A stretch of 64,000 nt of DNA from Chiloscyllium plagiosum. Taxonomy: Eukaryota. The notes under the pieces are model-generated. The model was given only the letters and a program-made list of their open reading frames with translations, searched no databases and was not told the DNA's origin. Made by a program: the position numbers and the translations under genes. The DNA is taken from assembly GCF_004010195.1 (NCBI RefSeq), contig NC_057718.1, positions 53,689,615-53,753,614 on the forward strand, in the 5' to 3' direction. Positions 11,617 through 25,039 of the stretch are shown piece by piece. Within the stretch, counting starts at the first letter, position 1. Each line of letters starts with the position of its first letter.

Positions 11617-13363
11617 TCTGGAAACTTCAGCACCCCTCGATCAGCTTATCTCTTCATTCCTCACTGTCCAGGTACATTTTCCCTTAAACAGCAAATATTG
11701 ATACTCACTGTCACATAATTGATATCTGTCCCAATTCACTACAGTCACCCATCACAAACATCATTCCCCTCTCTCCACACAATCCACTTTTCACGCCATT
11801 AAGTCTCTACTTTCAGATGATGAGTGAAGAGTTCCAGGGAGTGGTAGAGATCAAGTTTAATTCATAATTTCCATCTCCCACAGGTCCTTCAAGTACACAG
11901 GGGCTGGTACAGGAGGACCTCATCCTCATAAGTGATTACTTACTTTAAGAAAGCATTTATCTCATGCCTACCCTCCACCAGCTCAAATTCAATCATCCTC
12001 AGAGACACCACCAGGGAGATAGCTAGCCTGGCATATGATGAAGGTTACATCACTAATGAACAGTGAAGACTGGGACAACAATGGAGAGTCCCTGTTAGAG
12101 GGCACAGGACATGCCAAGCTGCCATGATGTCTTAATTTTTGTGGTCTTAGTGCTGATGCCTGCATCCATGGAGACAGTGGCTGACTAAATGGAGAAATGG
12201 GCACAGCTACCAAGCACATACTGGCCTGGACCAATGGCCTGTACACTCAGCCTGCCACTGTACATAGGGTGGAGAAAAGTGTTGCCTTGGCCTGGGAAAT
12301 GTTCTCAACCTCACAGACAGCCAAGAGTTGCATGTGAACCATGAAAGCCAAGATGAAGAAAGAGCACGTGAAGGTGGACACTCAGCTGCAGTTGAAAGGA
12401 TGACTTGTTCGAGAAGGTTTCAGATCCCCAAAACCATCTGCCACAAGGGTGTGAGCCTCCTGAGGCACAGGTCTTTGGTCAGGTTGAGAAATCAGATCCT
12501 TTGTCAATTTTTTTGTAATGCTTTGGAAAATCTGGCTGTATTTAAAATTGATAAGTGTCGTAATAGTGCATGTTCTGCTCTTAATCGTACACACCTCTCA
12601 ACAGACAGGAGTGGTGCCAAAAGACAAGAGAATTGCAAAAGTCACACACATAATCAAAAATGTTTGGAAAGATAAATCCAGCAACTAGAGACCATTTGGT
12701 TTAACCTCAGTGTTAATGCTGTTGCCGTGGTGTACATAGAACATAGAACATAGAACAACACAGCACAGAACAGGCCCTTCAGCCCTCAATGTTGCACCGA
12801 TCTGTGAACTAATCTAAGCCCATCCCCCTACACGATCCCATCATCATCATCCATGGATTGTTTAAATCTCACTAATGTTGCTAAATTAACTACATTGGCA
12901 GGTAGGGTGTTCCACGACCTTACCACTCTCTGAGTAAAGAACCTGCCTCTGACATCTGTCTTAAAGCTATCACACCTCAATTTGTAGCTATACTCCCTCA
13001 TACAAGCTGGTGTCATCATCCTAAGGGAAAGACTTTCACTGTCTACCCTATCTAATCCTCTTATCGTCTTGTATGTCTCTATCAAATCCCCTCTTAGCCT
13101 TCTCCTTTCCAATGAGATCAGACCCAAGTTTCTCAACCTTTCCTCATTAGGCCTTCACTTCAGACCAGGCAACATCCTGGTAAATCTCCGCTGCATCTTT
13201 TCCAATGCTTTCACATCCTTACTGTAAAGGGGCAACCAGAACTGTACACAATATTCCAAGTGCATTTTGTATGACATTATGGCTCTGGAACTCAATCTCT
13301 CTACTAATAAAACCTAACACACTGTATGCCTCCTTAACAGCACTATCAACCTGGGTGGCAACT

Positions 13364-13453
13364 GGTATGGGTGGGTTGCGCTTCGGCGGGTCGGTGTGGA
13401 CTTGTTGGGCCGAAGGGCCTGTTTCCACACTGTAATCTAATCTAATCTACAAA
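13364..13453 (+). mobile_element. HE1-type SINE 3' fragment
   Basis: GGTGTGGACTTGTTGGGCCGAAGGGCCTGTTTCCACACTG (CR1-like 3' end) plus (TAATC)n tail. Confidence 0.8.
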
Positions 13454-14265
13454 ATTACGGCTCTGGAACTCAATCTCTCTACTAATAAAACCTAACACAC
13501 CGTATGCCTCCTTAACAGCACTATCAACCTGGGTGGCAACTTTCAGAGATCTATGTACACCGACTCCAAGATCCTTCTGTACATCCACACTACCAAGAAT
13601 CTTTGCATTGACTCAGCATTTTGCCTTCCTGTTATTCTTCCCAAAGTGAATCACCTCACATTTATCTGCAATGAACTCTATTTAGTCATAGAGTTACAGA
13701 GATGTACAGCATGGAAACAGACCCTTCGGTCCATGTCCTCCATGCCGACTAGCTATCCCGACCCAATCTAGTCCCACCTGCCAGCACCCAGTCCATATCA
13801 TTCCAAATCCTTCCTATTCGTATACCCATTCAAATGTCTTTTAAATGTTGCAATTGTATTAGTCTCTACCACTTCCTCTGGCAGCTCATTCCATATACTT
13901 ACCAACCTTAATGTGTGAAAAAGTTGCCCCTTAGGTCTCTTCCAAATCTTTCCCCTCTCACCCTAAAACTATGCCCTCTGGTTCTGGACTCCCCCACCCC
14001 AGCGAAAATACTTTGTTTATTTATCCTATCCATGCCCCTCATGATTTTATAAACATCTATATGGTCACCCCTCAGCCTCTGATGCTCCAGGGAAAACATC
14101 CCCAGCTTGTTCAAACTCTCCCTATAGCTCAAATTCTCCAATCCTGGCAACATCCTTGTAAATCTTTTCTGAACCATTTCAAGTTTCACAACATCCTTCT
14201 GACAGGAAGGAGACCAGAATTGCACACAATATTCCAACAGTGGCCTAACCAATGTCCTGTACAGC

Positions 14266-14546
14266 NNNNNNNNNNNNNNNNNNNNNNNNNNNNNNNNNNN
14301 NNNNNNNNNNNNNNNNNNNNNNNNNNNNNNNNNNNNNNNNNNNNNNNNNNNNNNNNNNNNNNNNNNNNNNNNNNNNNNNNNNNNNNNNNNNNNNNNNNNN
14401 NNNNNNNNNNNNNNNNNNNNNNNNNNNNNNNNNNNNNNNNNNNNNNNNNNNNNNNNNNNNNNNNNNNNNNNNNNNNNNNNNNNNNNNNNNNNNNNNNNNN
14501 NNNNNNNNNNNNNNNNNNNNNNNNNNNNNNNNNNNNNNNNNNNNNN
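14266..14546. other. Assembly gap (N run)
   Basis: Run of N inside the CR1 RT. Confidence 1.
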
Positions 14547-16063
14547 ATATTGAACCCAGCACTGATCCTTGTGGCACTCCACTGGTCACAGGCCTCCAGT
14601 CTGAAAAACAACCTTTCACCACCACTCTCTGTCTTATACCTTTGAGCCAGTTCTGTATCCAAATGGCTAGTTCTCCCTGTATTCCATGAGCTCTAAGCCT
14701 GCTAACCAGTCTCCCATGGGGAACTTTGTCGAACGCCTTACCGAAGTCTACTGCTCTGCCCTCATCAATCCTCTTTGTTACTTCTTCAGAAAACTCAATC
14801 ACGTTTGTGAGACATGATTTCCCACGCACAAAGCCATGTTGACTATCCCTCCTCAGTCCTTGCCTTCCCTCCAACTTGCCCACCACCGATGTCAGGCTCA
14901 CTGGTCTATAGTTCCCTGGCTTGTCCTTACCACCCTTCTTAAACAGTGGCACCACGTTAGCCAATCTCCAGTCTTCCAGCACCTCACTTGTGACTATCGA
15001 TGATACAAATATCACAGTATGAGGCCCAACAATCACTTCCCTAGATTCCCACAGAGTTCTAGAGTACACCTGATCAGGTCCTGGGGATTTATCCATTTTT
15101 ATTTTGTTTCAAGACATCCAGCACTTCCTCCTCTGTAATATTTTTCAAGATGTCACCATCTATTTCCCTACATTCTACATTTTCCATGTCCTTTTCCACA
15201 GTAAATACTGATGCAAAATACTCGTTTAGTATCTCCCCCATCTCCTGTGGCTCCACACAAAGGCCGCCTTGCTGATCTTTGAGGGGCCCTATTCTCTCCC
15301 TAGCTACCCTTTTGTCCTTAATGTACTTGTAAAAACTCTGTAGATTCTCCTTAATTCTATTTGCCAAAGCTACCACATTTCTTCTTTTTGCCTTCCAGTT
15401 TTCCCTCTTACTCCAACTGCCTTTATACTCTTCTAAGGTTTCACTCCGTCTATCCTGTTTATACCTGACATATGCTTCCTTCTTTTTCTTAACCAAACCT
15501 TCAATTTCTTTTGTCATCCAGCATTCCCTATACCTACCTGCCTTTGCTTTCACCTTAATACTTTCTGTGGATTCTCGTTACCTCATTTCTTAAGGCTTCC
15601 CATTTTCCAGACTTTCCTTTACCTGCAAACATCTGCCCCCAATAAGCTATCGAAAGTTCTTGCTTAATTTTAAATCTAATAAAATTATGGTCACTGGCCC
15701 CAAAGTGCTCCCCCACTGACACCTCAGTCACCTGCCCTGCCTTATTTCCCAAGAGTAGGTCAAGTTTTGCACCTTCTCTAGTAGGTACATCCACATACTG
15801 AATCAGAAAATGGTCTTGTACACACTTAAGAATTTCCTCTCCGTCTACACCTTTAACTCTATGGCAGTCCCAGTTGATGTTTGGAAAGTTAAAATCCCCT
15901 GCCATAACTACCCTATTATTCTTACAGATAGCTGAGATCTCATTACAAGTTTGTTTTTCAATTTCCCTCTGACTATTGGAGGGTCTATAATACAATCTCA
16001 ATCAGGTGATCATCCCTTTCTTATTTCTCAGTTCCACCCAAATAACTTCCCTGGATGTATTTC

Positions 16064-16676
16064 NNNNNNNNNNNNNNNNNNNNNNNNNNNNNNNNNNNNN
16101 NNNNNNNNNNNNNNNNNNNNNNNNNNNNNNNNNNNNNNNNNNNNNNNNNNNNNNNNNNNNNNNNNNNNNNNNNNNNNNNNNNNNNNNNNNNNNNNNNNNN
16201 NNNNNNNNNNNNNNNNNNNNNNNNNNNNNNNNNNNNNNNNNNNNNNNNNNNNNNNNNNNNNNNNNNNNNNNNNNNNNNNNNNNNNNNNNNNNNNNNNNNN
16301 NNNNNNNNNNNNNNNNNNNNNNNNNNNNNNNNNNNNNNNNNNNNNNNNNNNNNNNNNNNNNNNNNNNNNNNNNNNNNNNNNNNNNNNNNNNNNNNNNNNN
16401 NNNNNNNNNNNNNNNNNNNNNNNNNNNNNNNNNNNNNNNNNNNNNNNNNNNNNNNNNNNNNNNNNNNNNNNNNNNNNNNNNNNNNNNNNNNNNNNNNNNN
16501 NNNNNNNNNNNNNNNNNNNNNNNNNNNNNNNNNNNNNNNNNNNNNNNNNNNNNNNNNNNNNNNNNNNNNNNNNNNNNNNNNNNNNNNNNNNNNNNNNNNN
16601 NNNNNNNNNNNNNNNNNNNNNNNNNNNNNNNNNNNNNNNNNNNNNNNNNNNNNNNNNNNNNNNNNNNNNNNNNNNN
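16064..16676. other. Assembly gap (N run)
   Basis: Run of N inside the CR1 endonuclease. Confidence 1.
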
Positions 16677-19600
16677 ATGATATCCCAGTCCCATGTTCCT
16701 AACCATGCCCTGAGTTCATCTGCCTTCCCTGTTAGGCCCCTTGCATTCTAATCAATGCAGGTTCATTTATCAGTCTTTTCTTGTTCTCTGCTTTGTCCCT
16801 GCCTGCCCTGTTTAACTCGCTTTTGTTCTCAACTGTATCAGTCTCAGATTGAAATCTTTCCTCACTATCTCCCTGGGTCCTACTCCCCCACCTTACTAGT
16901 TTAAATCCTCCCGAGCAGCTCTCGCAAATCTCCCTGCCCGTATATTAGTCCCCTTCCAATTTAGATGCAATCCGTCCTTCTTGTACAGGTCACTTCTATC
17001 CCAAAAGAGCTTCCAATGATCCAAAAATGTGAAACCTTCTCCCAAACACCAGCTTGTCAGTCATGCATTCATCTGCTCTATCCTCCTATTCCTGCCCTCA
17101 CTAGCTCGTAGGATTGGAAGTAATCCAGATATTACTACCCTTGAGGGCCTCCTTTTTAAATTCCTGCCTAACCCTCTGTAATCTCCCTTCAGAATCTCAA
17201 CCTTTTCCCTTCCTATGTCGTTGGTTCTAATGTTTACAACGACCTCCTGCGTGCCCCTCTTCCCCGTGAAAACATTCTGCACCCTCTCTGAGATATCCTT
17301 GGTCCTGGCACCAGGGAAGCAACACATCATTTTGATTTTTCACTGCTGGCCACAGAAATGTCTGTCTTGCCTCAGAGTAGAGAGTCTCTAACACAATCGA
17401 TCTCTTGGAACCAGACGTAACCTCATTATATTAGAGCCAGTCTCAATACCAGCAACTTGGATGTTCGTGCTTTGTTCCCCTGAGAATCCATCACCCCCTT
17501 AATTTTCCAAAACAGCATACTTGTTTAAAATGGGGATAGCTTTACAGGAAATTCCTATACTAACTGCCTACCTCTCTTACCTTTTCTGTAGTTAACTCAT
17601 CTATGTGACAGTATGTGCAACTTTTCCCCCTTCCTGTAATCACCATCCATCACATCCCCTTGCTCTTGTAAATTCCTCATTGCCTCTAACTGTCTATCCA
17701 ACTGATCCTTTCAATCTGATAGGATTCACAACCAACAGCATTTATTGCAGATATAATCCTCAGTAAGCGGTGACTCTCCCTAAACTCCCACATCTGACAA
17801 GAAGAGCGTATCACTTTACTATTGTCACCTCTCAGCCCAATTCTGCAGTTTATCTGAGTCGCCCTACGACCTGCAACATTCTTCCACAGTGTCCACTACT
17901 CCACCGACATTGGTGTTATCTGCAAACTTACTAACCCATCCATCTATGCCTGTGTCTGAGTCATTTATCAACAATGACAAACTGCAGTGGTCCAAAAAAC
18001 AGATCCTTGTAGCACACCACTGGTAACCGGACTCCAGGCGGAATATTTACCAACAACCCCCTCTCGATGCCTTCTTACAGAAAGCCAGTTTCTAATCCAA
18101 CCTGCTCAATCCCATGCCTCTGCATTTTCTCCAATAACCTACCATGTAGAACCTTATCAAAGGCCTTACTGTACACTACATCAACTGCCCTACCCTCATC
18201 TACATGCTTGGTCACTTCCTAAAAAAACTCATTGAGGTTTGTGAGACATGACCTGCCCTTGACGAAACCATGTTGACTTTCTGCAATCAAATTGTTGCTT
18301 GCTAGATGATTATAAATCCTATCTCTCATAATCCTTTTCAAATCTTTCCTATAACAGACGTAAGGCTCAATGGTCTATAATTAACTAGGTCAAGTCTACT
18401 ACTCTTTTTGAACAAGGGCACAACATTTGCAATCTTCCAGTCCTCTGGTACTAAACCTGTAGACAATGATGATTCAAAGACCAAAGCCAAAGGCTCCAAC
18501 ACCTCGTCTCCATCTTCCCAGAGAATCCTTGGATAAATCTCATCTGGCCCAGGGGACTTGTCTACTTTCACTCCTTCTAGAATTGATAACATTACTAGCC
18601 TCAATCCTTTCTATTCTAATATCTCATATCTCATTCTTCTCCGCTAGAATATTCTCCTTTTCCTGGGTGCAAACTGATGAGAAATATTGGTTTAGCACCT
18701 CTGCAATCTCCACAGTGTCCACGCACAACTTCCCACTTCTGTCTTTGACTGGCCCTATTCCTACCCTAGTCATTCTTTTATTCCTCACATACCTATAAAA
18801 GCTTTACGGTTCTCCTTTATTCTACCTGCTAAAGACTGCTCATGTCTTCTCTTTGTTCTTCTTAACTCTCTCTTTAAATCCTTCCTAGCTAATCTGTAAT
18901 TCTCCATCACCTCATCTGAACCATCTTGTCTCACCATCACATAAGCTTCTTTCTTCTGCTTAACAACAGATGCAATTTCTGTAGTAAACCACGGTTCCCT
19001 TACCTTATCACTTCCTCCCTGCCTGACAGGAACCTACTTATCAAGGACACACAATATCTGTTCATTAAACCAGCTCCACATTTTGATTGTCCCCAACCCC
19101 TGCATTTTGCTACCCCATTCTATGCATCCTGAGTCTTGCCTAATCGAATTATAATTGTTCTTCCCTATCGATAACTCTTGTCCTGTAGCATGTACCTATC
19201 CCTTTCCATTGTTAAACTAAACGTAACCGAATTATGATCACTTTCTCCAAAGTGTTCACCTACCACTATATCTGTCCTGGTTCATTACCAGGTACCAGAT
19301 CCAGTGTGGCCTCCCCTCTTGTCGACCCTTTGACATACTGTGTCAGGAAACCCTCCTGCACACATTGGACAAAAACTGATCCATCCGACATACTAGAGTT
19401 ATAGCATTTTCAATCAATGTTGTGGAAGTTAAATTCCCCCATAATGACCACCTTGTTTCTTTCACTCCTACCCAGGATCGTTTTGCCGATCGTCTCCTCC
19501 ACATCCCTGGAACTCTGCAGTGGCTTATAAAAAACTCAAAGCAGTGTGATCTCTCCTGTCCTGTTTCTAACCTCAGCCCATACTACCTCAGTAGATGAGT

Positions 19601-21179
19601 CCTTGTCAAAAGTTCTTTCAACCACTGTTATACTATCCTTGACTAACAAGGCCACACCTCCACCTCTTTTACTGCCTTCCCTGTACTTAATGAAAGATCT
19701 AAATTCTGGAACCTGCAACATCCCTTTCTGACCCTGCTGTATCTATGTCTCCGAAATGGCCACAACATCAAGGTCCAGGTACCTATCCATGCTGCAAGCT
19801 CACCTACCTTATTTTGGATACTTCTGGCGTGGAAGTAAATACATTTCAAACCAACTTGCTGTCTGCCAGCACACTCCTGTGACCGTGAAATCCTGTCCAT
19901 GCCCTCCCTACTCTCATCTTCCTGTGCACTGGAACTACATCTCAGGTTCCCAACCCCCTGCTGAGCTAGTTTAAACCGACCCGGATAGCATCAGCAAATT
20001 TCCCATCCAGGATATTAGCACCCCCCTGGTTCAAGTGAAGATTATCCTGTTTGTAGAGGTCCCACTTTCCCCAGAATGAGCTCCAATTATCCATGTACCT
20101 AAAACCCTCCCTCTTGCACCATCCTTGCAGCCACGTGTTCAGCTGATATCCCTCCCTATTCCTTGTCTCGCTGTCATGTGGCACAGGTAACAAACCAGAG
20201 ATTACAACTCTGATTGTTCTAGCTCTCAGCTTCCACCCTAGCTCCCTGAAATCCTGCTGTACATCCCTATCCCTCTTTCTACCTATGTCGTTGATACCTA
20301 CGTGTACCACGACTTGGGGCTGGTCACCCTGTCCCTTCAGGACCATAAAGACACAATCTGAGATATCACGCACACTGGCACCTGGGAGGCAACACACCAA
20401 CCGTGAATCTTGCTCGTTCCCAACAAACCTGCTATCCGACCCTATTGAGTCCCCAATGACTAACACTTTCCTCCTTTCCCTCCTTCCCTTCTGTGCAACA
20501 GGGACAGACTTTGTGCCAGAGATGTGCACCCCACTGCATGCCCCGGTAAGCCATCGCCCCTACAGTACCCAAAACGGTATACTTGTTTTTCAGGGGATCC
20601 CTGCAGTGACTGTTTTTTCCCCTTTTAACAGTCACCCAGCTTTCTTCGTGCCTAGGAGTAACTACTTCCCTGTAACTTTTATCTACCACCGTCTCTACCT
20701 CCCGAATGATCTGAAGTTCATCCAGCTCCCGCTCCAGTTCCCTAACGTGGTCGTGGAGAAGCAAGAGTTGGGTGCACTTCCTGCAGATGTTCTTGGATGG
20801 GACATTAATGGCATCCCTCACCTCAAACATCATTCAGGAGGAGCATTCCTCTCCCTGTATTGCCATTCCCCTTATCAGAATGTAAAAAAGAGAGACCTAC
20901 CTGATGTGACCATGGTGTTTAAGGTTACAGGAGGTGGGTGGGTGGGAGGCCCTACAAGAGTAGGGTCTCGGGTTTAGAAAACACTTACTTATATAGCTGG
21001 AGGAAAATAAAAAGTCCCTCCTTTCCCAGAAACCACTACTCTCCAATGTCAGATGTAATGATTCAAATCAGTGATTCATTGCTTCCACCCTTGTTGCTGC
21101 TGCTGCATACATAGGTGTCTAAAGGCATATGATGTAATCCCCCATAATAACAACATATGGCAGATATGTCAGTAAAGCT

Positions 21180-21395
21180 GAGGTCTATGGAATAAAAGAG
21201 AAAATGAGAATATGGATACAAATTTTCATTGAGTATATTGAAGAGTAAGATAGATAGATTCTTGAGTATCAAGGGGATCTTGAATTACAAGGTGAAAGCA
21301 GGAGAATAGGGTCAGAAACCTATTAGCCATAATTGAATGGCAGAGCAGTCTTGATGGGCTGAATGGCCTAATTCCTGCTCCTATGTCTTATGGTC
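21180..21395 (+). mobile_element. CR1 3' end fragment
   Basis: GATAGATAGATTCTTG...GAATGGCCTAATTCCTGCTCCTATGTCTTATGGTCT 3' UTR and tail. Confidence 0.75.
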
Positions 21396-21414
21396 TAAAT
21401 TTTGCTGATCTCGG

Positions 21415-21640
21415 CAAACTGGGAAGAGAGCTGACGAGCTGTTTTCTGGCCTGTAGTAAGGCATACTGTGGTGTTTCCCCAGTGGTCAGCTCTGAGGCCA
21501 TTGCTTTTCCTGGTATTAGCCTAAACTGGGTTTCAGGGCCTGCTTGTTGGCATTGACCCCCAACACAGTTTTCTGATCTCATCACCTCAGCAAGGGAGGC
21601 CTTCTCAACTCCTGCGAATGGATCACAGCTCACTTCCTCC
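21415..21640 (-). mobile_element. Possible decayed Harbinger Myb-like ORF
   Basis: PFAGVEKASLAEV...AMASELT....LLQARKQL loosely fits the Myb/MADF pattern. Confidence 0.3.
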
Positions 21641-22564
21641 AAAGCATCTGGTGCACACATCAGAAATCCTTACAGCACAGACTCTTCTTCACTGTTACAC
21701 AATTTTCTCTTGTACCTCCATAAACTGTTCTAACATCTGCTAACATTCTAAAAAACTTGTACCTTCCCTTTAAGTGATACAGGCTGCCTTTAAATAGTGC
21801 CAGCTGGCCTTATGTGATATTAACCACACACAAGCCTGGGCCCCACGTTAAAGCCTGCATTGGACATTGTAGCATTACAACAGATAATAATGTTACAGTT
21901 AAACAGATATTTCAATATCAGATATTGCTCTTACTACTGTACTGTGAATTGAGTACAGCCAGAAAAACACTTTAAATGCATTATTTAAAAAAGAAATCCA
22001 CATTTTGATATTTTCAATTATTAATTGAAAGTATCTCACCTGAAATATGGGCAGTTGCCAACAGAAAATGAGGGGAAATTCGACTAGATGCGAGAGACTC
22101 ACATTGGACATATTAGCAATAATTATGTCACATTATAACGAAATATTACTTCATGCATTGAGTGACGAGCATATTCAAAAATAATAGTACTCTCAAGGAG
22201 TAATTCTTAGTCAATAATTCTGAAACATTGTGCAGCAATTTTAACCCTACACCCCCAGCAGAAATCTGGTGGGCAAGCAGGTAAGCAAAATTTGTAATCA
22301 GAATTTCTTACAGAAGTGTCATTCTCTCTCTTTGATCTTCAATTTTAAACTGTCTTATCAGCAGAAAGAAAGACTACCAACAGGAAAATGGTGGGGTCCT
22401 TCATTAAACACATACCTTTAATGATGTATTTAAAATATAGCCAATATTTTAACCATTGTCCTGAGCAGGGGCATGATTGAGGTTTCTCCACCTAACAGAC
22501 TTGGGATTGAGGCCTCTGTAAAGGATTAACCAGAAGGATTTGATTGCTTAAAAGGACTGCCCAT

Positions 22565-23010
22565 TAGACTATAAGACCCTAAGTTAGAGGGGCAGAATTA
22601 GGCCATGCAGTCCATTCAATAATATATTTCTTAACCCCATTGTCCTGCCTTCTCCCTGTAACCTTTGATCCTTTTACCAATCAAAACCCTATCTATCTCT
22701 GCCTTAAATTCACTGAAGATGTTGGTCTCTGCAGCCCACTGTGGCAATAAGTTCTACATATTAATCACCCTCTGGCTGAAGGAATTTGTCCTCATATCAG
22801 TTTTAAAGGATTCGTCCCTTCAATCTGAGGCTGTGCCCTTGAGTCCACTCTCCTACTAGTAGAAATATCTTCTCCATGTCCCTTCAATCCAGTCTTCCCA
22901 GTATTCTGTAAGTTTTAATCAGATCTCCTGTTATCCTTCGAAATTCCATTTAGTATTCCAGACCCAGAGTCCTCACCCATTCTTCATATGACAAGATCTT
23001 CATCCCTAAC
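22565..23010 (-). mobile_element. CR1 3' fragment
   Basis: Reverse strand gives a degenerate NSFSQRVINM*NLL motif and CR1 3' UTR. Confidence 0.75.
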
Positions 23011-24379
23011 TGCTTTTACAAGAACAATCACCTCACGTAACCCGATAAAACTCTTCAGTCTTACCATTTACCACTTGAATGAAGCAAGTTATAAGCCTAT
23101 TTACATCTTCTAACTCGCTCAAACTCGACTTCCCCTTTTGTTCTGATAGTAGGTTCTACTTGCCCCCAAGTCTATCTCACCACTGACATTAACTTCCATC
23201 CCAAACATACTACATTTAAAATCTCACTTAACCAATTTTCCTATGACTTGCCTTAGCTGAGCATTTCACCTGAAACCCCCTTCTTCCTTTCTTCTTCATT
23301 CTAAAACTCAGCATCTATCTTTCAAACTATATTTAATAATGAACAAATATTTGCTTCATACAAGAGATTCCTCAGGGAATTTTGTCATCCCAACAACTGT
23401 TGGGTGCCAATTTTCTGCATTAAAACCACAATATAAATGTAAATTGTTGTTTATATTCTTTCCATTTTTTTGATCATTCTTTTCAGATTTCCTCATATTG
23501 TGCAGCATTCTTGTTGAATACAGACAAACCTCATCTGGCTTAGTAATTTTAATTTTGAGTTTATTGTGGATTTCTAGCTCCCTAATAGAAAGTTAACAAA
23601 AGTATTACACATTGATTTCACCCTTCAGGAGGGTGAAGTGGGCAGTGCCAAGAATACAAAATAGGTTCGTAGCAAATTGGCAGCCAGTTTTTCACCACAC
23701 CAGTTTTTATTTTCCGTAGGTTTAGAAACATTTGCTAAACCAAGTAAAAAATAAAGAAGGCCAGGAGATAAATGAACAAAACTTTGAACAAAAAGAATTC
23801 TGTGAACTTCAGTAGAAAAGGAACGATTGGCTGCCAATTCAATATGAATCCATTTTATACTGCCAGCCTCAACCTAATTTCAACTTTCCACTTATTGCCT
23901 TTGTGAAGCCCTAATCTTGATCAACATTTGAAGAGCTGAAGAGGACAAATTCAGAAGCATTTTATATTACCCTCACCCAAGTGGTTATTAGTCATGACTG
24001 AATTAATAGTGAACTGAACTCTGGAAGGGGACATCACAGATGAGCCTGACTGGGAGCAAGAACTCTGGTCAATATCCCCCTTTGATTGCATTAGCAAACC
24101 ACTGCCATACAGAATGAAATTAGCTGGGAAAGAGTGGACTGAAGATTAATCCTAAGACTGAGTATTTAACCTGAGATTCTCAATATCCATAACTCTCACT
24201 TACTCACTGGATCAATTCAACAAACCACCAGGGAGTGGTATGTTAAGTATGAGTGCAGTAGAATTGTATGCCACTTTTGCATTTGATTTGTCACATTGCC
24301 TGTCTAACATCATTTATTGATTGCATTATCAAAAATGACTTATTTCTAATGCTTATTCTCATACTGAAATACATCCTAG

Positions 24380-24575
24380 TCTCGGCCCATTTCTGCATCT
24401 TTCGTGAACCTCACTATTCTCTTAGAATTCCTCTCTCTCTAATTCTGGTCCTCCAATTTCCTTACCTCTGCCAATGGTGACCGTGTCTTCAGGTGCATGG
24501 ATTGTAAGCTCTGGAATTCCCCCTCTTTTGCCTTTCTTCGTCACTCTCCTTTTTTAAGCTGTTTTTTAAATCTTG
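24380..24575 (+). mobile_element. L2-like LINE 3' fragment
   Basis: GGTGACCGTGTCTTCAG...AAGCTCTGGAATTCCC (GDRVF..KLWNS). Confidence 0.5.
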
Positions 24576-25039
24576 GCTGATGTGTTATGTCTCAAAGTCA
24601 TTATGTAAGTGTACCTGTGAGAGAAACAGTACGTCAGTATAATTTAAGTGAAATGCTCATGACAGATTTCCTATATAGAATATGTGACACGGGAGCATAA
24701 AGATTTCTAATTCTACCTTACCTGAGATCACTTGAAGCATGACACTCTAATAGAAGCAAGGTTCTCTGTTGTAAGCTAATACCTTAGTATACGCCCAGTC
24801 TCTTAGATCCCTGAGAAATGTAATGTTTTGCCTATAACAGTTTACTATAGTAAATATCTGTCGGATTCTTCAATACCACAATACACACATCTAATTTCTT
24901 AGGTTATTGGGAGATAACATAGGTTTTGCTGTATGAGATAAAAGATCTGTTGGAGGCAAATCCCACACTGCTATCACTTTGCCCTTATCATAATAATTCT
25001 GTCACATTTTATCAGATGCTTAAAGCTTTGGGATGCTTT

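Larger units (their letters stand above)
13683..17818 (-). mobile_element. Near full-length CR1 LINE nested in the outer CR1
   Basis: ORF1 esterase (17061-17330), endonuclease (YYRP..GDFNFPNINW, SDHN), RT (DKSPGPD, SQHGF, KAFDKVPH, SGVPQGSVLG); CTATT duplicated at 13678-13682 and 17819-17823. Confidence 0.93.
12734..21050 (-). mobile_element. Near full-length decayed CR1 LINE (outer element; pieces 12734-13682 and 17819-about 21050)
   Basis: ORF1 with C-x2-C and SGNH esterase motifs (VLVIGDS, VVVHVGINDIG, LHLN) at about 19966-20860; AP endonuclease and RT fragments; (TTCTATG)n tail at 12734. Confidence 0.93.

Noticed and set aside
13908..16751. Long ORFs full of X in the ORF track
   Set aside because: Artefacts of N gaps inside a CR1
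20285..20977. 230-aa plus-strand ORF
   Set aside because: Antisense shadow of CR1 ORF1
22039..22082. 44-nt minus-strand exon-like segment ending TTTCAG|GTGAGA
   Set aside because: Too short and unsupported; such motifs are expected by chance
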